The notes under the pieces were generated by a model. It searched no databases. It had not been told where the DNA came from and was given only the letters and a program-made list of their open reading frames with translations. Of a stretch of 33,505 bases of DNA, positions 24,712 through 33,505 are shown one piece after another. The DNA is from a virus. Its lineage: Duplodnaviria > Heunggongvirae > Uroviricota > Caudoviricetes. Position numbers and translations under genes: made by a program. The stretch covers positions 223,394 to 256,898 of IMG/VR virus record IMGVR_UViG_3300028584_000450, one strand, 5' to 3'. Numbering within the stretch: the first letter of the stretch is position 1; the number at the start of each line of letters is the position of its first letter.

Positions 24712-26136
24712 CTATCCATTACTAATTCCAGCCATAGCCCAAGCATTCCCAATAAGAGAAGTAAAATCAACACTATTAGATTGAATTATTGGATTTATAT
24801 ATTTAACTAATTTACTATTATTAAAACATATTCGATTTAATGTACCAGAAGATGTTGCTGTAGGATATCCTAAGTTAAGTCCAATAACAGATCCAAATAT
24901 TGTACAATTTCCAGGAGAATTAATTCGCAAAACATCAATATATGAAGATCCACTTGACCCAGATATTACTCCAATATTTCCAATAGAATTGCTAGCACAT
25001 GCTGCACCCCATCCATTTTGATGTAGAACATCTCCAAAATATAAAGCATTCCCAGGTTTAGAAATATTTACAACTTCAATACTAGATATTCCATTCCAAC
25101 CACAACAAATTAACCCAATATTACCAACACCATTAGTTATTAATTGATTTAAATGACTTCTTGCATAATTTAAATATCCAAAAGTAATGCTAACCATAGA
25201 TGTTGATATTCTAAAAGTAGAAATTAACGTATTATTTGTATAATGATCCGCTGCCACCATCCCAGTATTAAGAACCCCATTAGATCCAGCACCACCCAAC
25301 CCATGAGTTTGCGTTAAATACCCATGGTATTGTGCATTTTCTCCATTAGAGTTAATATTAATCTTACATCCATATCGTACCGGAAAGCCTCCACCCCATC
25401 CATGAAAAAATACACCAGATCCCATCAATCCATTAGATGTATAATTAAGATGATATCCAATGTACGTCATTTCACCAAAATATGTAGAAACAGCACCAAT
25501 TACCGAAATATTATATGTTTCAATTGAACTAGTTGAATATCCACCAGCAATAATAGCTTTACTACCACTACCACCATGCATCAATAATTCAGATTCAGAA
25601 GGTTCTTTCCAATCACCAACAAGTTCGGTAGAAATCCACTTATTATCTCCGATATATTGAATTGTAATATATGAAGTTCCAATAGTATTAGAAGTTAATC
25701 CAATAAAAGAATTAATTGTATGATTGACATTAGGAGACACAATAATAATATTAGTATCATCAATTTTAATAAAAGAATATGTTAATCCGATAATTCCAGC
25801 ATTAGGCAAAATGAATGTGGTGTATTCATATTCAAGATTAATTGTGGTTTTAAATGTAGATCCTGATTCAGAAGATTGTATAGCAATTATACTACTAGAT
25901 CTCATTGTGCCAAATTGTTGATTCCTATAAATATTCTCTGAAATTTTATGCCACATATTATTATATCTAAGATTAAGATAATGATCATGTAATGTTGTAA
26001 TGATGTCCCGTTCTTCTGGATTTTGAATAAGAGATAAATCATCATCATTAATAACATTTTTAAATCCATCAAGCTTAAAATCAGAACCATCCCGAAATAC
26101 AGAATTTATAAGATCAACATCTCCATAAAATTCCAT
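24712..26136 (-). CDS. Tail fibre/adhesin-like paralog with FG-L/SNG repeat propeller
   Basis: Start likely MEFYGD; about six repeats of I(S/N)..GN...FG.......SNG..N.G. Confidence 0.65.
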   Translation of the reverse strand: MEFYGDVDLINSVFRDGSDFKLDGFKNVINDDDLSLIQNPEERDIITTLHDHYLNLRYNNMWHKISENIYRNQQFGTMRSSSIIAIQSSESGSTFKTTINLEYEYTTFILPNAGIIGLTYSFIKIDDTNIIIVSPNVNHTINSFIGLTSNTIGTSYITIQYIGDNKWISTELVGDWKEPSESELLMHGGSGSKAIIAGGYSTSSIETYNISVIGAVSTYFGEMTYIGYHLNYTSNGLMGSGVFFHGWGGGFPVRYGCKININSNGENAQYHGYLTQTHGLGGAGSNGVLNTGMVAADHYTNNTLISTFRISTSMVSITFGYLNYARSHLNQLITNGVGNIGLICCGWNGISSIEVVNISKPGNALYFGDVLHQNGWGAACASNSIGNIGVISGSSGSSYIDVLRINSPGNCTIFGSVIGLNLGYPTATSSGTLNRICFNNSKLVKYINPIIQSNSVDFTSLIGNAWAMAGISNG

Positions 26137-26138
26137 CA

Positions 26139-26720
26139 TCATTCTCCATTTATCCAAAGTCCAGATTTATTAGTGATTACCCAATTTAAATTATCAATAC
26201 CAACAAGTGTAATTGAACTAGTTTTATAATTAGATATGATCCCAATTGAAGATTTATTAATAAAATTCCCAGATCTAGGATTAACCTGAATTGAATATTG
26301 ATCATTAGTAAAAGAAAAATTCATACCAAACTTTGGTATTGGTAAAGTAAATATAATATCATTACTAGATCCAACATTATTGAAATTAAGACCACTCAGA
26401 TGTTCTGGTAAAATAAAATCCGTAAGTTTTTGGATATTTGATAAAAATGGATATTTTTTCCAAACAGGAGGATAATATTCAGTCGTTCCAAGAGTTGAAT
26501 TTATTTCTTTAATTCGATAGAGTTCATAAACATTAATACAAGCATCATATAATGTAAAAATAATTAAACCATTATTATATCCACCAATAGAATTATCAGA
26601 TGTTAAATATAAATCTCGTTCAATATCTGTATCAGCAAACAATACATCGATATCAAAATATTTATCATTTCGAGTAATTCTACCAGGCCCTTTAATATTA
26701 ACATTCCCTATAATTTTCAT
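26139..26720 (-). CDS. Tail fibre-like paralog lacking a propeller domain
   Basis: N-module plus IFTLP..KFGMNFSF...SSITLVGID..NW domain only. Confidence 0.6.
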   Translation of the reverse strand: MKIIGNVNIKGPGRITRNDKYFDIDVLFADTDIERDLYLTSDNSIGGYNNGLIIFTLYDACINVYELYRIKEINSTLGTTEYYPPVWKKYPFLSNIQKLTDFILPEHLSGLNFNNVGSSNDIIFTLPIPKFGMNFSFTNDQYSIQVNPRSGNFINKSSIGIISNYKTSSITLVGIDNLNWVITNKSGLWINGE

Positions 26721-26731
26721 AATTTATCCTC

Positions 26732-28165
26732 TTATGAATTAGAACAACATCCATGGCCTCCACTATTATATGTTAAATTTCCAAAAAAACTAGAATTAGA
26801 CAATTGAACAATATTAACATATTCAATATTCCCAAAATTACAAAACACTGCACGATTTCGAATTTTATTAGAAGTAGCATCCCCATCTACTAAATTAGTA
26901 GATAAATCTCCAAAATAAACACTATCAGAATTAGTAGAAATTGCTATACTTGACATAGAATATATATCATGACTAGTTCCTCCAATTATTCCAATATTAT
27001 TAATCCCATTAGAAGTTGCAGATTTTCCACTCCCAATATGAGAAGCACTCCCAAAATCAACTGCATTTCCAAGGGATCTAATATTAATAGATTCTATAGA
27101 AGTTGTTAATTCAGAACCAAATAAAATTAATCCTTTATTATTTATATCATTGGATAATAAAGCGCTCCAATTTCTTGAATATAATAAAGTTCCAAATAAA
27201 TCAGAATTAGATAAAATATTAGTTGCAATATATTGAATTTGCAGACCATATGTCCCATTACCACCAACAATTATTCCACGATGATTAATACCATTATCAG
27301 TACATGATCTAGTAGCATCATCATTTAAATTATAATTGCATTCACCAAAAGTTACAGCATCACCAGGTGTAGAAATATTGACATAATCAAAAGTGCTACA
27401 ATAATATAAACAACCAGGACCAAATATTCCACGGTTATTAAGACCAGTAGACATTGCTCCAATTCTATCTCGACCAAATGTTAAATTTCCAAAAAGTAGA
27501 GAATCTGAAGCATTTGATATATCATAATAATCTATACTTCGAAATAAATAATCATATGATCCAGAACTAACCCCAATATTTCCACCATCAATAATAATAG
27601 AAGATGGAACACAACTCAATTCAAATGCATCTGATTTACCACCAACAATCCAATTATATATAATCCCAATTAAGTGAATGAAGTTTACTGAACCAACAGA
27701 AGTTAAATTAATTTCATTATATATAGAATTAATAATATTTCGTTCATTATCTGTCTTAATATTAATTTTATATGATTCAAATTGAACTATTGTTATGTCT
27801 ATAAAGTCAGTAATTAACGGCAAAATCAATGTAATATCTTTCGTTATTCCAAGATTAATTAATACTTTACCATGATCTTCTGATGAAATAACACAATCAT
27901 CAGTAAGTATTCGTATTGGTTTATTCTGAGAAATATCATAATTATTAAATTTAGTCCACGATTTCCCTACAGAATTATAATAATATAATTTATAATCATC
28001 TAGAGTAATTGCATATTGACCATTCTTTAATACATAATTACGATTATTTATTAAAGAATTTAAATCAAATTTATCAATAGATTTATGAATTGAACCTAAT
28101 GAAATTAAATTACTATTATATTTTGCATTTGAATTGTATATATTTATACTTCCATAAATATCCAT
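26732..28165 (-). CDS. Tail fibre/adhesin-like paralog with repeat propeller
   Basis: N-module, middle domain, about six FG(N/D)L...(S/D)NG.N.RG repeats. Confidence 0.65.
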   Translation of the reverse strand: MDIYGSINIYNSNAKYNSNLISLGSIHKSIDKFDLNSLINNRNYVLKNGQYAITLDDYKLYYYNSVGKSWTKFNNYDISQNKPIRILTDDCVISSEDHGKVLINLGITKDITLILPLITDFIDITIVQFESYKINIKTDNERNIINSIYNEINLTSVGSVNFIHLIGIIYNWIVGGKSDAFELSCVPSSIIIDGGNIGVSSGSYDYLFRSIDYYDISNASDSLLFGNLTFGRDRIGAMSTGLNNRGIFGPGCLYYCSTFDYVNISTPGDAVTFGECNYNLNDDATRSCTDNGINHRGIIVGGNGTYGLQIQYIATNILSNSDLFGTLLYSRNWSALLSNDINNKGLILFGSELTTSIESINIRSLGNAVDFGSASHIGSGKSATSNGINNIGIIGGTSHDIYSMSSIAISTNSDSVYFGDLSTNLVDGDATSNKIRNRAVFCNFGNIEYVNIVQLSNSSFFGNLTYNSGGHGCCSNS

Positions 28166-28176
28166 ATACCATCCTT

Positions 28177-29283
28177 TTATGAATTAGAAGTCCCAGAGAA
28201 TCCATATCCAGGATTAGATAAACTCCCAAAAGATGACCCATTGCTCATTGTAGATATAGTTACATATTCCATCGTATTCCAAGCATAATTATAATCAACT
28301 GCAGTAGTCCATCCACCAACAAATACGGCTCTATTATTTACATGATTGGAACATGCTGCTGGGCGCCAACCTCTAGGACTTGATAAATCACCAAATACAA
28401 TAGAATTAGCTGGAGTAGTTATAGTTATATAATCAATCATATTCATAGTTGGAATACTATTACTACCAACAAAAATGCCTCTATTTAAAATCCCATTAGA
28501 TGTAGCAACACCAAGATAATGATATCTAGAGATTGTACCAAAAATTATAGCACTTGAATGAGTTTGTAAACTATAATACCATGAAGAAGTTTCACGTGCA
28601 AGAATAGCTCTATTATTTTGACAATTAGAAGTTATTGTATCCCAATATGAGCTAGAAGTTACAACTTCTCCAAGATATACTCCAATAGATTTACTAACTA
28701 AATTATATTTGATCATTGCATTCCAACTAGGATATGTTCCATATTTAAATGCAGAATTTAGAATACCATTTGACGTCATACATACATACCAACCCCATCC
28801 ATCTGCAGCTGCAAATTCAGTAGAATTAGATAATATTGAAATATTAACATATTCAGTATTTCCTCCTGCCCACCAATAACCCTCAAGTCCACCAGACATA
28901 AGACCAATATTACCAACACCATTAGATGTCGTTCCAAAATCATATTTAGGCAAAAATAAATTTCCAAAATAACTAGAATCACAACTACTATTAATGGAGA
29001 TATATTCAATTATATTTTGAGGCACTACTGTATTTCCAGAAAATATACCACGATTTTGGCAAGTATTAAATAAATTCTCAATTTTCAACCATTGAGATGT
29101 TGATGAATCATATATATTTATTGCCCAATCAACAGATGTTAAAACACAATCTCCATCATTAGCGTTTAATTGATTCCGATCAATATCATTATACATGATT
29201 GGAAAATTAAATCCAAATTGAAGATTAGAGTTATTAATAAATTTACCACCAAATCGAATATTAAAATGTCCAGGAATATCCAT
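28177..29283 (-). CDS. Tail fibre/adhesin-like paralog with repeat propeller
   Basis: N-module followed directly by about six repeats (YITITTPANSIVFGDLS...SNHVNNRAVF). Confidence 0.65.
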   Translation of the reverse strand: MDIPGHFNIRFGGKFINNSNLQFGFNFPIMYNDIDRNQLNANDGDCVLTSVDWAINIYDSSTSQWLKIENLFNTCQNRGIFSGNTVVPQNIIEYISINSSCDSSYFGNLFLPKYDFGTTSNGVGNIGLMSGGLEGYWWAGGNTEYVNISILSNSTEFAAADGWGWYVCMTSNGILNSAFKYGTYPSWNAMIKYNLVSKSIGVYLGEVVTSSSYWDTITSNCQNNRAILARETSSWYYSLQTHSSAIIFGTISRYHYLGVATSNGILNRGIFVGSNSIPTMNMIDYITITTPANSIVFGDLSSPRGWRPAACSNHVNNRAVFVGGWTTAVDYNYAWNTMEYVTISTMSNGSSFGSLSNPGYGFSGTSNS

Positions 29284-29295
29284 AATTAAATACCT

Positions 29296-30525
29296 CTATG
29301 CATTTGATGCAGTTGCCTGAAAATTTCGAGCACCAGCTAAATAACCAAATAAACTTGAATTTCCAGATGTTATTATATTAATATGGTCTATAATATTTAA
29401 ATATGTTCCATCTCCACCAACATGTATAGATGAGCCACCAATAATTAATCCTTTATTTAAAGGACCATTAGAAGTTCCGACAGCCCCCCAACGTTTAGTT
29501 GATAATTGACCAAAAGACATGCAAGTAGAAAGAACATTAATATTGATATAATCAATAAGATTCATATAATTAATATCAGCAATTCCACCACAATATAATG
29601 CTCTATTATTTATTCCATTATCAAGAGTAGCTCGACGAACCCACCAATATTGTGAATATGTTAATGTACCAAATGCTACCCAACTTGAAGAAACTTGAGT
29701 AAATGATTTATAACACATTCCATTAACAACCGCACCACCCTGCCATGATTGATATTGAACAGTACGATTTAATTCAGAATTCGAAACAACAGCAGGACCA
29801 TTATATGACCAAGTAGGCAATCCCCCAAATGACGTGAATGTTCGTATACCATTTATATTTGTATACTCAGAATGAGTTCCATATATATAAGACCACCACC
29901 AACCATTACCCCACCAAAATCCAAGATTCACAACGAGATTTAATGAACCATTAGATGTTGTACCAGAATATAATCCACAATAAGTACAAGTACCAAATTT
30001 GGTAATATCAACACCATTATTAATATTTATTGATGTTACTGAAGTAGTAGGATAATTACATGTTCCAGAAAATATTATCATATTCCCACTAAATCCATTA
30101 GATGTAGCACTACCATCATAATTCCAAAAATTAATCTCATTAATAAAAGCAGCATCACTTGAATTTAAATATGAAATGTAATCAATCGTATTCCAAACAT
30201 ATTTATTAGTTAATGGTGCATTCGTATTTCCTCCATAATTAACACAGGTATTTCCAGAAGGATGGTAACCAATGAAAATTTGATCTCTAAGATTATTATC
30301 TCCAATTGAAATTTTTATACCATAATTAAATAAACATGTTTTTTTAAGATCAATATCAACAACAATATCTCCATCTTTAAGAAAATCATCAACAACATCA
30401 TTAGTAACACCAGAATAAGTACCGATACGTCTAGGAAATTGATATGTATTAAACTCAATAATATCATAATTATCAGTTATATTTATATCTCCACCCAACA
30501 TATCTAGATCGCCATAAAATTTCAT
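29296..30525 (-). CDS. Tail fibre/adhesin-like paralog with repeat propeller
   Basis: MKFYGDLD start; about six repeats; Trp-rich loops. Confidence 0.65.
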   Translation of the reverse strand: MKFYGDLDMLGGDINITDNYDIIEFNTYQFPRRIGTYSGVTNDVVDDFLKDGDIVVDIDLKKTCLFNYGIKISIGDNNLRDQIFIGYHPSGNTCVNYGGNTNAPLTNKYVWNTIDYISYLNSSDAAFINEINFWNYDGSATSNGFSGNMIIFSGTCNYPTTSVTSININNGVDITKFGTCTYCGLYSGTTSNGSLNLVVNLGFWWGNGWWWSYIYGTHSEYTNINGIRTFTSFGGLPTWSYNGPAVVSNSELNRTVQYQSWQGGAVVNGMCYKSFTQVSSSWVAFGTLTYSQYWWVRRATLDNGINNRALYCGGIADINYMNLIDYININVLSTCMSFGQLSTKRWGAVGTSNGPLNKGLIIGGSSIHVGGDGTYLNIIDHINIITSGNSSLFGYLAGARNFQATASNA

Positions 30526-30527
30526 TT

Positions 30528-32756
30528 TTATTCTCCATTTGAAGTTGCAGAATGTCGGGCTCGGTTTCGTCTTAATGTACTAAACATTGAAGAATTTACA
30601 TTAACAGAAAATAAATTTACAGAATCAATACTCTGTAATGCTGTTGATCCAACATTAGATCCTCCAGAAAAAATACTAAGATTTTGGCTAGTTTCTGTAA
30701 TTGCTGCACAATTAACTCGAGGACACCTAAGTGTACCAAAAATAACACAACTGCTTTCTTGCATAATATTAAATGCAGATATCCCATCAAGACCTTCAGT
30801 ATATTTAGTTCCAGGCACACCAATTGTAGATCCTTCAGGATATATTTTTGTAGCTGTTCCACCACCAAACATTGCACGATTTCCACGTCCATTAGATGTT
30901 GCGCAAACTCCAGTAGTATTATATAATAAAGTACCAAAATAAACAGCATCTGTAATATTAGTAATATTAATCAAATCAATAACATTATATGATTCATAAC
31001 CACCAGCAAAAATTGCACGATTATTTATACCATTAGATGCACCAGCTAAATCACCACGACCATTAACTAAATTTCCAAAAAATACAGCATCTCCAAGAGT
31101 AGATATAGAAATGTAATCAATTGTTGTTCTACCAATTAACCCACCAGCAAAAACGGCACGATTATTTAATCCATTAGAAACCCCAGCTAATCCATATCTA
31201 CCAGAAGATAAATTACCAAAAAAAGAAGAAGAAGAAGATTTTACAATATCAATATATCGAATTGTAGCTACACCTCCTCCACCGCCTCCAATTATAGCAC
31301 GACCAGCAGAACCATTAGAAGTAGCAGCGGTACGATCTAAAGCAGCACTTAAATTACAGAAATATCGCCCATCTCCTTTAGTTACTAGATTTATTTTCTC
31401 AACTTCAGCAGTTATAGAACTTCCAGTATATCCTCCACAAAAAATACCAGAACATTCTGGACGTGGTATTAATTTCTGCCAATCAATATTAGCTTTATAA
31501 ATTTGGTTTATTGAATTCTTTAAATATGATATAATTGGAATATTTAATGCATGATCATCTAACGTAATTATAACTTCCCCTAATCGTAATGGTTCTGTTG
31601 GAGATATATTACTTATAGTAGCAGATCCATTTGAAGTTGCCATAACATCAAATACATATCCATTATATAGATTTCCAAAAAATGATGTTGAATATCCAAA
31701 ATTAATATTAATTTTTTCAATCGTATTTGTATAATATGCACCATATTTATAATAATCTGTACCTATTTCAACACAACCACCAGCAGCAACCCCAACATTA
31801 CCTATTCCATTCGAAACCGCCCGACTCCCCCAACGCCCAGTACTAAGATCTCCAAAATCATATGCATTCGATGTTACGGAAATATTAATATATTCAATAT
31901 GATTTGTATATACCCCATCTACACCAACAGCAACATCACTACTGCCACCACCAATAAATAATGCTCTATTTCCAACATCATTAGACATTACTGCCCGATC
32001 AGTATCTGAAAATGTTAAACTTCCAAAAAGTTGAGCATCCGCAGCAGTATCTATAGCAACATGGGATATTTTTTTTACTAATTTTGAAACTGGTTGAAAT
32101 ACTGCCCGATTAAGAACTCCATTATCAGTAGCTTGAAATCTAGAACCACCATAATCCATATCTGCAAAATAAGTAGAATTGCCAGAAGTAGAAATATTAA
32201 TAGTAGAAATTACATTAGATCCATCAAAACTTCCAGCAAAAAGACCTTTATTATTAGTCCCATTAGAAACTCCAGCTAATTGATATGAATGTTGATATAA
32301 ATCACCAAATGGGATTGATGTTGATGTGGTAGAAATTGTAACATAATCAATATGATCTGTAATATAATATATTATAGAATTTATAGTTATAGAAATTGCA
32401 CTCATAGTGCACCATCCACCAGAAACACTTCCTCCAGCAAATAATGCTCGATTATTAGAACCATTAGAAATAGCAGTGCCAGATCTCCCCCAACAAGTGT
32501 CATATAATGATCCGAAAAATACACTATTTCCAGAAGTCAACAAATTAAGATAACTACTAACGGAAGTACCATAATATAAAGTATCTGATGTCGTTCCAGA
32601 TGCAAATATTCCAATATAACCAGAAAAAAATAAAGGTCGAAGCTGATCTCTTTCATGATCATTTGCAACCTTTCGGAGGTTTGCATATTTAACTTGTTCC
32701 CCATTATTAAATAAATGACCGGATCCAATTACCTCAATATCTCCATAAATATCCAT
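30528..32756 (-). CDS. Tail fibre/adhesin-like paralog with two repeat propellers
   Basis: About 12 repeats in two blocks separated by GEVIITLDDHALNI...WQKL. Confidence 0.65.
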   Translation of the reverse strand: MDIYGDIEVIGSGHLFNNGEQVKYANLRKVANDHERDQLRPLFFSGYIGIFASGTTSDTLYYGTSVSSYLNLLTSGNSVFFGSLYDTCWGRSGTAISNGSNNRALFAGGSVSGGWCTMSAISITINSIIYYITDHIDYVTISTTSTSIPFGDLYQHSYQLAGVSNGTNNKGLFAGSFDGSNVISTINISTSGNSTYFADMDYGGSRFQATDNGVLNRAVFQPVSKLVKKISHVAIDTAADAQLFGSLTFSDTDRAVMSNDVGNRALFIGGGSSDVAVGVDGVYTNHIEYINISVTSNAYDFGDLSTGRWGSRAVSNGIGNVGVAAGGCVEIGTDYYKYGAYYTNTIEKININFGYSTSFFGNLYNGYVFDVMATSNGSATISNISPTEPLRLGEVIITLDDHALNIPIISYLKNSINQIYKANIDWQKLIPRPECSGIFCGGYTGSSITAEVEKINLVTKGDGRYFCNLSAALDRTAATSNGSAGRAIIGGGGGGVATIRYIDIVKSSSSSFFGNLSSGRYGLAGVSNGLNNRAVFAGGLIGRTTIDYISISTLGDAVFFGNLVNGRGDLAGASNGINNRAIFAGGYESYNVIDLINITNITDAVYFGTLLYNTTGVCATSNGRGNRAMFGGGTATKIYPEGSTIGVPGTKYTEGLDGISAFNIMQESSCVIFGTLRCPRVNCAAITETSQNLSIFSGGSNVGSTALQSIDSVNLFSVNVNSSMFSTLRRNRARHSATSNGE

Positions 32757-32764
32757 TCATCCTC

Positions 32765-33505
32765 CTAACAATTAGACGATCCCTCATTATACATATTCGA
32801 CACTAACATGTCCCCAAAATATACAGCATCAGATAATACAGAAATATTAACCATATCAGATACTAAAATTGCTGGAACTGTATGTTCATATGTAGCAACT
32901 GCTCTATTTTTAACACCATTAGAAACAAATACCCCTTGATTACACAAACTACATAAATTTCCAAAAAGTTTAGCATTTGCTGGAGTTGTAATTGAAATAT
33001 AATCAATAACATTAGTAGTTGCAACTCCAACTCCACCAAGTCGATAGCTACCACCAGCAATAATTCCACGATTATTAATTCTATTATCTGTAGATATTGT
33101 CCAACATGCTAATCGACATGATAATCTTCCAAAATCTAAAGCATTGCTCAATTTAGAAACATCCACATGTAAAATATCTTGAACTGATAAATTATTATTA
33201 ACATAATTATAATTATTACCAATAATAATACCCTTACTATTTATTCCATTTGAACATGCAGAACCATGACTTTGTTTCGAAGCCATATTACCAAAAATAT
33301 TTGCATTTTCAGGTCGGGATATAGTAATATATTCCATAGTTGTAGGTGCAGTTACAGCTCCATTCCAACAACCAATAATTAATCCACGATCATATTCAGT
33401 ATTAGATAATGCACATGGAGCATATCTACCAGTAGTTAAATCTCCAAAAATTTTAGAATTATTTAACGGAACACTTATAGATGTATATGATATTGGGAGG
33501 GTCCA
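32765..33505 (-). CDS. Tail fibre/adhesin-like paralog, 5' end outside the window
   Basis: The frame of 32765..33337 stays open to the edge (WTLPISYTSISVPLNNSKIFGDLTTGRYAPCALSNTEYDRGLIIG...), same repeat. Confidence 0.65.
   Translation of the reverse strand, partial: WTLPISYTSISVPLNNSKIFGDLTTGRYAPCALSNTEYDRGLIIGCWNGAVTAPTTMEYITISRPENANIFGNMASKQSHGSACSNGINSKGIIIGNNYNYVNNNLSVQDILHVDVSKLSNALDFGRLSCRLACWTISTDNRINNRGIIAGGSYRLGGVGVATTNVIDYISITTPANAKLFGNLCSLCNQGVFVSNGVKNRAVATYEHTVPAILVSDMVNISVLSDAVYFGDMLVSNMYNEGSSNC

Noticed and set aside
394-33069. Numerous 60-140 aa ORFs antisense or out of frame within long genes (e.g. 6017..6439, 8699..9064, 19256..19579, 30617..30949)
   Set aside because: Fully overlapped by well-supported genes, no RBS or motifs; expected shadow ORFs.
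21260-33505. Diversity-generating retroelement acting on the fibre genes
   Set aside because: No reverse transcriptase and no near-identical TR/VR pair differing at adenines within the window.
1-33505. Stop-codon reassignment or inteins
   Set aside because: Genes pack tightly under the standard code with TAA, TAG and TGA all used as stops; no suppressor tRNA; no C...HN intein motifs seen, and both interruptions are RNA introns.

Overview
AT-rich segment of a large tailed dsDNA phage (probably a T4-superfamily or jumbo myovirus; inferred, as no core capsid or polymerase gene is in the window). It has no CRISPR array and no cellular rRNA. Left to right: (1) a + strand MoxR-like AAA+ ATPase / metallopeptidase-VWA pair, closed by a hairpin; nearly everything else is on the - strand. 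(2) A tandem array of nine small paralogous proteins with a shared C-terminal Gly/Ala hydrophobic helix plus basic tail (consensus G-A-G-x-A-A-K-K-Y-L-S-R-R-K-K). The array has identical DNA blocks between copies, and several members have acidic N-termini resembling prohead-protease leaders. (3) A 685-aa unknown, a ThyA-family enzyme and a Dcd/dUTPase-family enzyme. (4) A ~530-bp non-coding region holding two paralogous structured RNAs with compensatory base changes and a third small hairpin RNA, each preceded by the same 17-bp motif and followed by a terminator. (5) A six-gene glycosyltransferase cluster in which two genes are split by group I (IA-like) introns, one carrying an HNH homing endonuclease in P8. 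(6) tRNA-Gln, tRNA-Leu, tRNA-Gln and a tRNA-like element lacking a normal anticodon loop. (7) An array of at least 10 paralogous tail-fibre/adhesin-like genes with a shared N-terminal module and interchangeable beta-propeller C-termini, running off the window end. All product calls come from motif recognition by eye; no database search was run.
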